From an uncultured Desulfosarcina sp. (lineage in GTDB: Bacteria; Desulfobacterota; Desulfobacteria; Desulfobacterales; Desulfosarcinaceae): 64,000 nt of DNA. This document shows positions 1-9,736 of the stretch, in pieces. Made by a program: the position numbers and the translations under genes. The stretch lies in contig CAXXWQ010000002.1 of NCBI GenBank assembly GCA_963674945.2, forward strand, positions 544,001-608,000, in the 5' to 3' direction. The notes under the pieces were generated by a model that saw only the letters and a program-made list of their open reading frames with translations, was not told the DNA's origin and did not search any database. Position 1 is the stretch's first letter. Each line of letters opens with the position of its first letter.

Positions 1-247
1 CGCCGATGATCAGTACACGTTTGACATTACCGTGGGCGAAAATGGGAACATGAGTGAGCATTTCATGGTAGATGAACTCATCTTTTTCGGTGGTCTGCAC
101 CACGCCGTCGAGCACAAGCACCCGTCCGAATGCCGCATTTTTGAAGATAACGATGTGCTGGTGGTCGGACTTTACCTCGAAGAGCAGTTCGTCGATGCGA
201 AAGGTCTGTCCGTAACTGTCGTAAAGGGTTTCGATGAAGTCAGGCAT
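1..247 (-). CDS. speE: Spermidine synthase (polyamine aminopropyltransferase), 5' part; runs off the window start
   Basis: Manual translation from ATG at 247: [82 protein letters not shown], which has the SpeE motifs LDGxxQxTExDEFxYHEM and VLIIG. Overlaps the speD stop. Absent from the ORF track because it is truncated. Confidence 0.95.
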   Translation of the reverse strand, partial: MPDFIETLYDSYGQTFRIDELLFEVKSDHQHIVIFKNAAFGRVLVLDGVVQTTEKDEFIYHEMLTHVPIFAHGNVKRVLIIG

Positions 248-725
248 TGGACACCACCCCCCGCAGATTTTCATTGATATGCATGTCCGTCGGCGAAAAG
301 GCATGCTGTAAGACTGAGATCGCCTCTTCGGGTCTGGCATCGCCACACATGAAGATATCGAAGGCCGCAAAATCGCGTTCGGGCCAGGTATGTACGCTGA
401 TGTGGGATTCCGCCAGGACCGCTACCCCGGAGATGCCTCCGTTGGGAAGGAAATGGTGCAGGTGGATGTGCAAGAGGGTCGCCCGGCATTTATGGACGCA
501 TTCACGCAATGCGGATTCCATGATGTTCAGGTCGTCCAGGTGTTTGGCGCCCCATAGGTCGACGATGAGATGTGTCCCGGCGAAAAGGACGCCGTTCCTC
601 TCGACGAAGTGGTCTTCGTTTTCGCCGTTGACACTGATTTGGTGGTGTGCCGGCCAATTGTTCCTGAAAGATGGTGCGTGGATTGGTTGGGTCGGTTTAA
701 CCGCCGCTAAATAGTTCTCCTTCAT
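240..725 (-). CDS. speD: S-adenosylmethionine decarboxylase proenzyme
   Basis: GTHLIVDL and [13 protein letters not shown] (E-S self-cleavage site); directly upstream of speE. Exact start uncertain. Confidence 0.95.
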   Translation of the reverse strand: MKENYLAAVKPTQPIHAPSFRNNWPAHHQISVNGENEDHFVERNGVLFAGTHLIVDLWGAKHLDDLNIMESALRECVHKCRATLLHIHLHHFLPNGGISGVAVLAESHISVHTWPERDFAAFDIFMCGDARPEEAISVLQHAFSPTDMHINENLRGVVSNA

Positions 726-788
726 TCATTGGGCCCCCCTTCCGGTGGAAAGTAGAGAGTGGGAAACTGACTCGCCAGCCAAGGCGAA

Positions 789-818
789 ATTGTAAAAATC
801 GCAGCGGATTTAATGCAA
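789..818 (-). promoter_or_regulatory. Putative sigma70 promoter of speDE
   Basis: TTGCAT-N18-TACAAT on the minus strand, preceded by a T-tract. Confidence 0.45.
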
Positions 819-930
819 GAAAAAAAAAAGTACAAGTGTTTTTTGGTGCGGAACGATTTTTATTCAGTTTTGATAACCTGTTTCTCTATCCCAGGTCAGA
901 GATAAGTGGTTCTACCGTAAGATTTTTTCA

Positions 931-1028
931 AGAATCCAGGAGTCAGAATTCAGAATCCAGAATCAGGTATTCGCCTTCGGCTCGATCCATCCATTCATTC
1001 TGACTCCTGTGGTTTTCCACGATCGCAG
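931..1028. repeat. Heptamer-armed palindromic repeat (family H), copy 1, internally deleted; empty site for the 70-bp insert at 960|961
   Basis: AGAATCC AGGAGTC AGAATTC AGAATCC AGAATC ... TTCGCCTTCGGCTC ... TTCTGACTCCTGTGG. Bases 931-960 are identical to 18074-18103. Confidence 0.85.
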
Positions 1029-1894
1029 CCCCTCTTCCAGGGTGAGTCCAACGCCCCTGCTTCTTCCGGTCTCCTGGCGATTCGCTCATATCGGGCCGCT
1101 TCGGTCATCCGGCCCCGTTTGCGACATCCCTTGGCGTAGATGGCACATTTGGTTGAAAGCATGGTCCGGGCGTCTCTTTTTTGCTGGGCGGACAATCCGC
1201 CCTCGTTTAAGAGACCCACGATGGATTGAATGCGGAATCTGTCCAATTCCGGCATGCGGGAGAGCTGGTCCCCGTGGCCTCCGTGTTTTTCGATGAGCGG
1301 TCGATCGATGAGAAAGATGGCATGTTTTCGAGCGATTCTAAGCCACAGATCGTAATCTTCACAGGCGGGGAGCGATTCATCAAAGAGTCCCACCTCTCGC
1401 AGCAGACGGCGCCGGATCATGACCGCCGAAGGGCTCACCAGGCAAAGGGCCAGGCTGGGTGAAAAGATCATTCCCGATGGCTTTCGATGGCGCTTTCCGG
1501 GATTGACCCGAACGCCGTTTCGAATCCAGATCTCCTGGGTCTGGCAGATCTGTGCATCCGGGTGGCCGGTAAAAAAGGCCACCTGGGTCGCCAATTTTCC
1601 CGGCAGCCATCGGTCATCGGAATCCAAAAGGGCGATCAAGTCGCCGCAAGCCGCCCGGATCCCCCTGTTGCGGGCGGCGCTGACACCCTGGTTTTCCTGG
1701 CGGATAACGTGGATTTGCTTTCCATACGCCGACAGCAGGGCCGGCGTGTCGTCGGTGGAGCCGTCATCCACCACGATCAGTTCGGTGTCTTCGTAATCCT
1801 GAACAAGCACCGAATCGATGGCCGCCCGAAGTGTCCATGCCCGATTGTAGGTGGGAATGATCACACTGACCATTGGTTTTTCATTTTCAACCAT
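995..1894 (-). CDS. Glycosyltransferase family 2
   Basis: VSVIIPTYNR, VVDDGSTD, GVSAARNRG, LLDSDD and EDYDLW motifs; start set at MVENEK. The last codons lie inside repeat H copy 1. Confidence 0.9.
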   Translation of the reverse strand: MVENEKPMVSVIIPTYNRAWTLRAAIDSVLVQDYEDTELIVVDDGSTDDTPALLSAYGKQIHVIRQENQGVSAARNRGIRAACGDLIALLDSDDRWLPGKLATQVAFFTGHPDAQICQTQEIWIRNGVRVNPGKRHRKPSGMIFSPSLALCLVSPSAVMIRRRLLREVGLFDESLPACEDYDLWLRIARKHAIFLIDRPLIEKHGGHGDQLSRMPELDRFRIQSIVGLLNEGGLSAQQKRDARTMLSTKCAIYAKGCRKRGRMTEAARYERIARRPEEAGALDSPWKRGCDRGKPQESE

Positions 1895-1965
1895 CGTCCT
1901 TCCTTTTACCACCCATCGAAAAATGGAATAGGCGATGCTGCAGAAAACAGCAAGATCCAAACAGC

Positions 1966-1986
1966 GACTTTTTACGAGTTCATCAA
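1966..1986. repeat. Possible solo end of the rod-hairpin repeat family (resembles the right end of 23668-23792)
   Basis: GACTTTTTACGAGTTCATCAA versus GGCTTTTTACGGAGCCGTTAA at 23774-23794; no partner end found. Confidence 0.35.
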
Positions 1987-2340
1987 ATATCGTCGGCCTG
2001 ATATCGGTGTCCTCATTGGTTGACAGAAGAAATATTATGCTTTAGCCTTTAGTGATCCTCGATATTTCTCCTAAGAAATGCGAACGTTATCATTCTCGTC
2101 GTGCCTATATTGATTTCAGTCGGGGATTCGGCCGCCACTTTTTGGTTGTTCTACTGTATTTACCGTTTGTTAGAAATTGGTATGTTGGCTCGCCGATGGT
2201 GCGCAGCATTTCTGCCGAAATTTTTCATTTTCAATATAACTATCCGATATTTTAGTTTATTTAAATAGTAATTCTTTGCATTCCGGCCACATTCGGCCTT
2301 ATTTCGTAAGATAAAACACCAAAATAAGAAGGAGGAACCC

Positions 2341-3318
2341 ATGAAGAGAGCAGCAATTCTGGCCCTGTTTGTCGCGATTTCATTCGTTTTCGGATTCGCC
2401 GTGGTGGATGTACAGGCGAAAACCACCTTCGTCACCATCGGTACAGGCGGCATTACAGGCGTCTACTATCCCACTGGCGGGGCCATCGCCAAGATGGTCA
2501 ACGCCAAACGAAAACAATACGGCATTCGGGCCACCGTGGAATCTACCGGCGGTTCGGTATTCAATATCAATGCGATCATGGCCGGTGACCTGGAGTTTGG
2601 CGTGGCGCAGTCCGATCGCCAGTACCAGGCATGGGAAGGCATCGCAGACTGGAAGGACAAGGGACCCCAAAAGGATCTTCGTGCGGTGTTCTCCATCCAT
2701 GCCGAAACCGTGGATCTCATCGCCGCGGTGGATGCCGGTATCAACACCATCCAGGATTTAAAAGGCAAGAGGGTGAACATCGGTAACGTCGGCTCCGGTT
2801 ATCGCCAGAACGCCATCGACGCCCTGGTGGCCAACGGATTGGATTACGAAAAGGATTTCCACGCCGAGAGCATAAAGGCCGCCGAGGCACCGGGCCTCAT
2901 CCAGGACGGCCGCATCGATGCCGCCTTTTATACCGTGGGCCATCCCAGCGGTTACTACAAAGAGGCCACGGCCGGTGCCCGAAAGGTGAAATTCATCTCC
3001 ATTCCCAATGCGGACAAACTGGTCGCAAAATACCCCTACTATGCCAAGGCAAAGACCCTGATGTCCAACTATCCGGGGGCCGCCAACACCGAAGATGCCG
3101 TCGAAACCTTCGGCGTCAAGGCCACCTTCGTTACCAGTGCCAAGGTGCCCGATAATGTGGTCTATGCCATCGTCAAGGAGGTGTTCGACAATTTTGACAG
3201 TTTCAAGAAGCTGCATCCGGCCTATGAGGGCCTCACCAAAGAGGACATGCTCACCGGTCTCTCCGCACCCATTCATCCCGGTGCCATGAAATATTACAAG
3301 GAGGTCGGCCTTAAATAG
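2341..3318 (+). CDS. TAXI-family TRAP transporter solute receptor
   Basis: Signal peptide; TIGTGGITGVYYPTGG, STGGSVFN and PIHPGAMKYYKE motifs; SD AGGAGG. Confidence 0.95.
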   Translation: MKRAAILALFVAISFVFGFAVVDVQAKTTFVTIGTGGITGVYYPTGGAIAKMVNAKRKQYGIRATVESTGGSVFNINAIMAGDLEFGVAQSDRQYQAWEGIADWKDKGPQKDLRAVFSIHAETVDLIAAVDAGINTIQDLKGKRVNIGNVGSGYRQNAIDALVANGLDYEKDFHAESIKAAEAPGLIQDGRIDAAFYTVGHPSGYYKEATAGARKVKFISIPNADKLVAKYPYYAKAKTLMSNYPGAANTEDAVETFGVKATFVTSAKVPDNVVYAIVKEVFDNFDSFKKLHPAYEGLTKEDMLTGLSAPIHPGAMKYYKEVGLK

Positions 3319-3357
3319 ACCATCCAGAGATGGTTTCCTGTTTTTCTGGTTAGACAC
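3318..3357. repeat. Vestigial, internally deleted copy of the ATCCAGAAATGG-ended hairpin element
   Basis: GACCATCCAGAGATGG ... TTTTCTGGTTAGACAC resembles both ends of 16715-16855 and 38670-38816. Confidence 0.45.
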
Positions 3358-3394
3358 TGATGGGTTCGGTCTTGTCCGGACGATATCGCCGGAT

Positions 3395-3486
3395 CGGCGG
3401 GCATCGCCTTCGGGTGCCATGCCCGCCGGCCCCATCTTCTCCCCGATTCGATCTGCAATCGCTATGGGGTTTTCGGGTCGGGGGAA
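3395..3486 (+). other. Two strong intercistronic stem-loops between the TAXI receptor and permease genes (likely mRNA stabiliser or partial terminator)
   Basis: CGGCGGGCAT/ATGCCCGCCG stem capped by a C-TTCG-G hairpin; CCCCGATTCGA/TCGGGTCGGGG stem. Confidence 0.55.
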
Positions 3487-3516
3487 ACCGATTTGCAAGA
3501 ATGCGGGTGACTTTCG

Positions 3517-5580
3517 ATGACGGACAACGCTGCAAATGGACATGATGACGGCCTGGATATCGCCAAACGCATGGCGGAAGAGGAAGAGGGGATCGGGCGG
3601 CGACCCGAGGGGCCTTCCAAGTGGGTGATTCCCACCATCTGCGTGGCATGGAGCCTGTTTCAGCTATCCATTGCCAGCTGGTTGATCCTGGAAACCACTT
3701 TCATACGGTCCATCCATCTGGGGTTCGCCCTGCTCGTCGTCTATCTCAACTATCCTTTCATTAAAAAATCCATACCCGGTCTCGGATTCCTCTCCGCAAA
3801 GGACCGCATTCCCATCTTCGATTATGTGATCGCGGTTGTCGCCTGTTTTTGTGCCCTGTACATCGCCATCGACTACGAGGGGATGACCTTGCGATACGGG
3901 GATCCGATCCTGCGGGATATCCTAATTGGTATGGGTTTGGTGGTGCTTTTGCTGGAGGCCTCCCGGCGGGTCATCGGTCCGGCCCTTCCCATTATCGGCC
4001 TGGCGTTCATCATCTATGCCTTCGCCGGGCCGTACATGCCCGATCTCATCGCCTTCAAAGGGGTCTCCCTGAATCGTTTCGTGGGACAGATGACCATGTC
4101 CACCGAGGGTATTTACGGTATCCCGTTGGACGTATCGGCTACTATTGTTTTTCTCTTCGTGCTGTTTGGTGCCATGCTGGACAAGGCCGGAGCCGGCCGA
4201 TACTTCATCCAGCTGGCCCTGAGTCTCTTGGGGGGCTTTAAAGGGGGACCGGCCAAGGCCGCCATCATGGGCAGCGGACTCACCGGCCTGGTTTCCGGAT
4301 CGAGCATCGCCAACATCGTCACCACCGGCACCTTCACCATTCCCCTCATGAAAAAGGTCGGGTATCCTCCCAAGAAGGCCGCCGCCGTGGAGGTGGCCGC
4401 CAGTACCGACGGCCAGCTGGCACCCCCTATCATGGGCGCCGCCGCCTTCATCATCGCAGAATATGTCAATGTGCCCTATGTGGATGTGATCAAGGCAGCG
4501 GCCATTCCTGCCTTTGCCTCCTATGCGGCCCTGTTCTATATCACCCACATCGAGGCGTCCAAACTGGGATTGCAGGGAATGCCCCGGTCCGAGCTGCCGC
4601 CTTTCTTCAAAACGTTCGTTGGCGGTCTGCAATATATTATTCCCATCCTGATGCTGCTCTATGAATTGATTGTGGTGCGCCATTCGCCGGAACTGGCTGC
4701 ATTCAACGCCATCTGGATCATGGCCATCATCATGCTCGTTCAACGGCCGGTCCAGGCCTATCTGAGAAAGGATCCCATGGGCCCGGCCTTTCGTCAGGGC
4801 ATTACAGAGATCTTCTCGGCCCTTGCCTCGGGCGCCCGAAACATGGTTTCGGTGGCCCTGGCCACGGCCGCCGCCGGGATCATCGTGGGCGTGGTCGCTT
4901 TAGGTCTGGGCCAGTTGGTCACGGCGATCATCGACACCCTGTCCGGCGGGAATATTTTTTTGATGTTGGTCATCACGGCGGTGGCAAGCCTGGTCATCGG
5001 TATGGGATTGCCCACCACGGCCACCTATATCGTCATGGCTTCCTTAACGGCACCGGCCATCGTGGAGATCGGCGCCTTTAACGATTTCATCGTTCCCCTC
5101 ATGGCGGCCCATCTCTTCTGTTTCTATTTCGGTATCCTGGCCGACGATACGCCGCCGGTGGGGCTGGCGGCCTATGCCGCGGCGGCCATCGCCAAATCAC
5201 CGCCGATTCCAACGGGGATCCAGGGCTTCATGTATGACATCCGAACGGCCATTTTGCCGTTCATGTTCATCTTCAATACCGATTTGATTCTGCACAACAT
5301 CAGCAGCTGGCCCCAGGGGATTCTGATCTTCATCATGGCCTGTCTGGGCAACTTCGCCTTCGCCTCGGCCACCCAGGGATGGTTCGTTGCCCGCAACAAG
5401 ATCTGGGAGGTGCCGTTATTCTTGGCGGTGACGTTGATATTGATGCGGCCGGACCTGATCGCCTCGCTGATCCGCATTCCCCAGGAACAACGCTACTGGA
5501 CCTATCTCATCGGATTGGCCCTTTTCGGTCTGTTGTACGTTATCCAGCGTCCGCGGATACCCAAACCGGCCGCCGCATAG
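3517..5580 (+). CDS. TRAP transporter 4TM/12TM fused permease
   Basis: Many TM segments; GGPAKAA, SGSSIAN, PPIMGAAAF, GMGLPTTA and DDTPPVGL motifs. Confidence 0.95.
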   Translation: MTDNAANGHDDGLDIAKRMAEEEEGIGRRPEGPSKWVIPTICVAWSLFQLSIASWLILETTFIRSIHLGFALLVVYLNYPFIKKSIPGLGFLSAKDRIPIFDYVIAVVACFCALYIAIDYEGMTLRYGDPILRDILIGMGLVVLLLEASRRVIGPALPIIGLAFIIYAFAGPYMPDLIAFKGVSLNRFVGQMTMSTEGIYGIPLDVSATIVFLFVLFGAMLDKAGAGRYFIQLALSLLGGFKGGPAKAAIMGSGLTGLVSGSSIANIVTTGTFTIPLMKKVGYPPKKAAAVEVAASTDGQLAPPIMGAAAFIIAEYVNVPYVDVIKAAAIPAFASYAALFYITHIEASKLGLQGMPRSELPPFFKTFVGGLQYIIPILMLLYELIVVRHSPELAAFNAIWIMAIIMLVQRPVQAYLRKDPMGPAFRQGITEIFSALASGARNMVSVALATAAAGIIVGVVALGLGQLVTAIIDTLSGGNIFLMLVITAVASLVIGMGLPTTATYIVMASLTAPAIVEIGAFNDFIVPLMAAHLFCFYFGILADDTPPVGLAAYAAAAIAKSPPIPTGIQGFMYDIRTAILPFMFIFNTDLILHNISSWPQGILIFIMACLGNFAFASATQGWFVARNKIWEVPLFLAVTLILMRPDLIASLIRIPQEQRYWTYLIGLALFGLLYVIQRPRIPKPAAA

Positions 5581-5619
5581 AAAGGCGACCGCGTAACGAA
5601 AAAGCCCAAGGAGTGCGCC

Positions 5620-6114
5620 ATGAAAGAGGTACAAAAGGTTCTCGCGGCCCTCGCCTTTTCCGACTATGCACAGGGAACATTCGATTTTGCCGCCCAATTC
5701 GCCCAAATGGCCGGTGCCGAGCTGATCGTAGCCAATGTGATCAACGTCCGGGATGTGGACTCGGTGCGGACCATCTCGGCCATGGGGTATGATGTGGATG
5801 GGGAACACTACGTGCAGAGCATCAAGGATGAGCGGCGCCGATTGCTGGAGAAGATCGTCTCCGCGTCCGGTTATCCCATGGAGAAAGTCCGGTCCGTATT
5901 TCGCATGGGCAACCCCATCGATGAACTGCTCAAACTGATATTAGAGGAAGAGATCGATGTCGTGGTCATGGGGCCGAAGGGGCGAACCGATCTGGAGCAT
6001 ATTCTTGTGGGGTCCGTGGCCGAAAAGATCTTCAGGCGTAGTCCGGCGACGATCATCTCCTATCGTGAAGAAAAGGTGGCCGAGCGGCTCAAAAAACGGA
6101 TCAAGCATCTATAG
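5620..6114 (+). CDS. Universal stress protein
   Basis: DVVVMGPKGR...LVGSVAEKIFRRSP USP signature; follows the TRAP genes. Confidence 0.9.
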   Translation: MKEVQKVLAALAFSDYAQGTFDFAAQFAQMAGAELIVANVINVRDVDSVRTISAMGYDVDGEHYVQSIKDERRRLLEKIVSASGYPMEKVRSVFRMGNPIDELLKLILEEEIDVVVMGPKGRTDLEHILVGSVAEKIFRRSPATIISYREEKVAERLKKRIKHL

Positions 6115-6123
6115 GAGAATATT

Positions 6124-6612
6124 ATGGGCAGACACCTCCGATGGTGCCTTTTTCTACCATTGGTCTGGTTTGTGTTGGCGATCCTCGGCAGCGCTGTTGC
6201 CGGCGAACGGTTCACCGATAACGGCGATGGCACGGTGACCGATCACCAGCTGGGATTGATGTGGGCCAAGAGCGACAACCAGGGAGATATCGACTGGAAG
6301 GAGGCGGGCCAGTGGATTCGATTCACCTTTCCCTATACCATCACTGCGACCTACGATAACTGGCGGATGCCGACATTAGAGGAACTTTCCAGCCTCTACA
6401 CGGGCAACGATAAAAAAGAGGGGTACGAGACCGCCTGCGGTCAATGGGTGCAGATCGTTCCGTATATCCGTCTCAGTTGCGGCTGGGTATGGTCGGCCGA
6501 GACGTCGGCAATTCAGGCCCATATCTTCAATTTTCATCGCGGCACCCGCTATACCGATCGGATGGCACACAAAAGGGGCTACCGCGCGCTTCCAGTGAGA
6601 GACCTCGAGTAG
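6124..6612 (+). CDS. DUF1566 (Lcl C-terminal-like) exported protein
   Basis: Signal peptide; RFTDNGDGTVTD..GLMW, WRMPTLEEL, WVWS and ALPVR motifs. Confidence 0.85.
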   Translation: MGRHLRWCLFLPLVWFVLAILGSAVAGERFTDNGDGTVTDHQLGLMWAKSDNQGDIDWKEAGQWIRFTFPYTITATYDNWRMPTLEELSSLYTGNDKKEGYETACGQWVQIVPYIRLSCGWVWSAETSAIQAHIFNFHRGTRYTDRMAHKRGYRALPVRDLE

Positions 6613-6682
6613 CCAAGCGACATCAATGCGGTATAGAGGGAAATCGTATTCGGGGTTTACTGGCAGATCAGGGTAAGTGAGT

Positions 6683-6745
6683 GACGAAGGAAGATGGACG
6701 GTACGAGTATTACCTTTTCGTCCCTCGTCCATCTTTCCTCATCTC
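6683..6745. repeat. Short palindrome built from GACGAAG/GAAGATG-type heptamers
   Basis: GACGAAGGAAGATGGACG ... CGTCCATCTTTCCTCATC imperfect inverted repeat with 7-nt periodicity. Confidence 0.65.
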
Positions 6746-6839
6746 TTCTTTTCGACCTCACAACGTAACAGAAAATCGGTCCTATTCCTACGAACAGCCA
6801 AGTTCCAATGCGCTCCCGCCGGACTCGATGCATACCGCC

Positions 6840-6868
6840 TTGACTCCACCTTTCAATCCTTCTATGAT
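6840..6868 (+). promoter_or_regulatory. Putative sigma70 promoter
   Basis: TTGACT-N17-TATGAT about 60 nt upstream of the CDP-alcohol phosphatidyltransferase gene. Confidence 0.55.
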
Positions 6869-6929
6869 GCATTGATTTGAAAACGACAAGATCGGCAACG
6901 AATCCGAACCGCCCACAGGCATAGTTTCC

Positions 6930-8417
6930 ATGACCGAAAAAACCCCGCTTCCAGAACGACTCGCCGCCATCCTCGTATACGGCCGGCCCGTTTTGGTATT
7001 TGGTGGAATGATCTGCGCCATCGCCGTCATGTGGTGGAGAAATCCCGTCGTCTACATCATCGGCGTGACGCTCCTCATTATCTCCATGGCGTTCGATCTG
7101 GTGGACGGGTGGTTCTCGGCACGATATCGGCCAAATGCGCCACTGGCGCCACTGGCCGACCGGTTGATGGACAAGCTGGTCTACTCCATTATTTTCCCGG
7201 TCATCTCGGCCGGAATGATGTGGCGCCTTCTGGTGTCGGAGACAGATCCCACGCAAGGTCAGCTCCTGCATGCGATCTTCGTTCTCGTACTATGTGTAAC
7301 GGTTCTGGTGCGGGACAGTTTCGCCGGATTTATGCGCGGATTCGCCATTCGTCAGGGCGTTGAACCGGAGAGCAGTGAATACAACCGGATGAGAACCATC
7401 GTAGCCGCTCCGGTCAGCGCGCTTCTTTATGCATATGCGTTCTATATCCCCGCAGGTCCGGAATCGTGGATCTATTTTCGGATCTCCTATCTGGGAAACG
7501 TCTCTCTCCGGGTGCTTTTGTTCGTCGAGATCCTCTTTTTCACCATCAACCTCGGTTCCATTGCCGGTTATTGTCGAAAATACGGCACCGCCTGTCTGGA
7601 CGAGTTATGTTTCGGAGACCAGGCGCTCAGACGAAAAATTCTGTCGGTGTTCCCCAACGCCTTGACGTTGATGAATGCGCTCATGGGAATCATGTCCGTT
7701 TTCTTCGCATACCAGGGACGACTGAGGGAGGCTTACCTGATGCTGATCGGAGCCGCCACCTTCGATAAATTGGATGGCGCACTGGCCAGACGCCTGGGAC
7801 TGACCGAACCCATGGATGATGCGCCGGTCAAGAAAAAGATCAGCATGGGGAGTATCCTGGACGATCTTGCCGATGCCATCAGTTTCTGCATCGTACCGGC
7901 CTGGATTTTTTACGTTACCCTGACCCAGTTCGGCCAAGGGCGCTTCTCCCAGGTACCCATGGCCTGGATCGCCTTGTTCTACGCTCTTGCGGGAATTGGC
8001 AGACTGGTTTACTTCACCCTGGACAAAGACCCGATCCCAGGTTTTTTCAAGGGATTACCGACGCCTGCAGCAGCCATGCTGGTCATGGCGCCCCTCGTGA
8101 TATTCGATCAGGCCATGGCGCTGGAATCCAATCGGATCATCCTCTGGGGAATTTTTTCCGCTGCCACGATGGTGGCTACGGGAATTATCATGAATCTGTA
8201 TCCCATCCGATATATTCACCTGGGGCGAACATTCAGCCGGCATCCGCGGTTTGGAAGGGCGAATCTGGTCCTGCTTTCCATCAGTATGTTCACGCCCATT
8301 TTCGGACAGATCTGCCTGGGATACATGATTCTTTACCTTCTTTCACCCGTTTATACATGGCGGATCCATCCGGAAGAGGCGGCAAAGGAAAGCCGCCGAT
8401 CCATGGTCGAGAGCTAA
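6930..8417 (+). CDS. CDP-alcohol phosphatidyltransferase family protein with two tandem domains
   Basis: Two signatures: DLVDGWFSAR...ADRLMD and DKLDGALAR...GSILDDLAD; the C-terminal half also has PNALT and FFKGLPTPAAA (PssA-like). Confidence 0.85.
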   Translation: MTEKTPLPERLAAILVYGRPVLVFGGMICAIAVMWWRNPVVYIIGVTLLIISMAFDLVDGWFSARYRPNAPLAPLADRLMDKLVYSIIFPVISAGMMWRLLVSETDPTQGQLLHAIFVLVLCVTVLVRDSFAGFMRGFAIRQGVEPESSEYNRMRTIVAAPVSALLYAYAFYIPAGPESWIYFRISYLGNVSLRVLLFVEILFFTINLGSIAGYCRKYGTACLDELCFGDQALRRKILSVFPNALTLMNALMGIMSVFFAYQGRLREAYLMLIGAATFDKLDGALARRLGLTEPMDDAPVKKKISMGSILDDLADAISFCIVPAWIFYVTLTQFGQGRFSQVPMAWIALFYALAGIGRLVYFTLDKDPIPGFFKGLPTPAAAMLVMAPLVIFDQAMALESNRIILWGIFSAATMVATGIIMNLYPIRYIHLGRTFSRHPRFGRANLVLLSISMFTPIFGQICLGYMILYLLSPVYTWRIHPEEAAKESRRSMVES

Positions 8418-8513
8418 GCGCCTGTCCGTAGTCAAGGATACATGTGTCGCAAGGTGGTTTGTCTGAACGGTCCCACCTTCAAATGGAAGGCTTGGGTCTG
8501 GCTGGCGATACGC

Positions 8514-9719
8514 TCACCGTAACACCTGGATGGCATCCGATACAAATTGATACCCGATGGCGTGCCCCAAGTTGGCTTCATTGTTTTCGACGATAACGAT
8601 CTTCTTGCGCAACAGTGTTTCCCTAAGCTGTTCATTCTTCGGGATGGCCTGGCGCTCTTCGCGAAACGGATTGGGTATATTTCTTCGATAATAATAAAAA
8701 AAATCTCGGTCGCCAAATAGCTTGTCGCACACGAATTCGTTTATCGTGTGCATGAAGCTGGATCCGACGATCAAGATATGCGGTTGTACACGGTCGTGGG
8801 GATACAGTGGCGCCGCCGACGGGTGGGCCGTCTTGCCGAATGTGGCTGTCATGTCGAAAACGTTCATTAACGATGCGAGGTCGCGATCGGTTCCGGTCGG
8901 CAGGGAATCGATGCGCAGCGGGTCACAAGAGATCGATCCGATGGGCATCCCCGTATCTTGCCGGATCCGGGCGACCAAATTTTCGCTGAAAAGGCAGGCT
9001 CCGTAGTGGCTCCAATGGGTTCCGCCCCGGACAAACACATCGTAGGGGGCTGTCTCCTTTTTTTGCATAAAAAATTCGTGCCCATCCAGGTAATTGACTT
9101 GATATTGGTCGAGGAGCCGCTTTGTCTGCAGATAAACGGGCGTATCCCGAAGCAAGGGTTTCTTGAGATCTTTTTTCGGAATGTACTCTCCATATATGGT
9201 CGCCTTGCTTGGCGAGACCAGATACAAAAAATAGATACCCCGATCTCTTAGAATATCCTGCAGTTGTCTCAACGCTTGAATCCTATGTTCCAATTTGATT
9301 GGATTCGCCCGTGCAGCGTTGTTCAGGCTTTTTATATACCCTTTCTCGAAAAGCCAGTTGTCGTGCCCTACAACGATGCCGTCGTTATAGGAATGACATT
9401 CCCGAAAAATGGAAAAATTAATCTGATTGTCCAGTTTGATAAAAAAACTTCGAAAACCGATTCTTTTTTTAAACCAATTTTCGAGCCGGTCCTGATAGCT
9501 GCCCGATGCCCACCGGGAATAACTAAGCAACGGGAAATCCGGGTCGTCGGCCTCGACGCCGGCCAGGGGTGTTTCGGGAATAAAATGGAAGACCATTTGA
9601 AGGGGGGGTAAAAAAAACATCAGGATCAACGGTCCTGCCAGCATGAGCCATTTCATATACTCACGACAGCACCGGGGATATTTCCATTTAAAAGGCAAGA
9701 ATTTTCGAATCATGAACAT
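8514..9719 (-). CDS. AlgX/AlgJ-like SGNH O-acetyltransferase
   Basis: N-terminal TM; VVGHDNWLF, PSKATIY, THWS and VGSSF motifs; start placed at MFMIRK behind SD GAGGA, just after the MBOAT stop. Confidence 0.75.
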   Translation of the reverse strand: MFMIRKFLPFKWKYPRCCREYMKWLMLAGPLILMFFLPPLQMVFHFIPETPLAGVEADDPDFPLLSYSRWASGSYQDRLENWFKKRIGFRSFFIKLDNQINFSIFRECHSYNDGIVVGHDNWLFEKGYIKSLNNAARANPIKLEHRIQALRQLQDILRDRGIYFLYLVSPSKATIYGEYIPKKDLKKPLLRDTPVYLQTKRLLDQYQVNYLDGHEFFMQKKETAPYDVFVRGGTHWSHYGACLFSENLVARIRQDTGMPIGSISCDPLRIDSLPTGTDRDLASLMNVFDMTATFGKTAHPSAAPLYPHDRVQPHILIVGSSFMHTINEFVCDKLFGDRDFFYYYRRNIPNPFREERQAIPKNEQLRETLLRKKIVIVENNEANLGHAIGYQFVSDAIQVLR

Positions 9720-9736
9720 ACACAAATCCTCGAGCG

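Noticed and set aside
5620..6114. USP gene next to a TRAP transporter as a novelty
   Set aside because: The TRAP-USP association is already established (e.g. TeaABC-TeaD).
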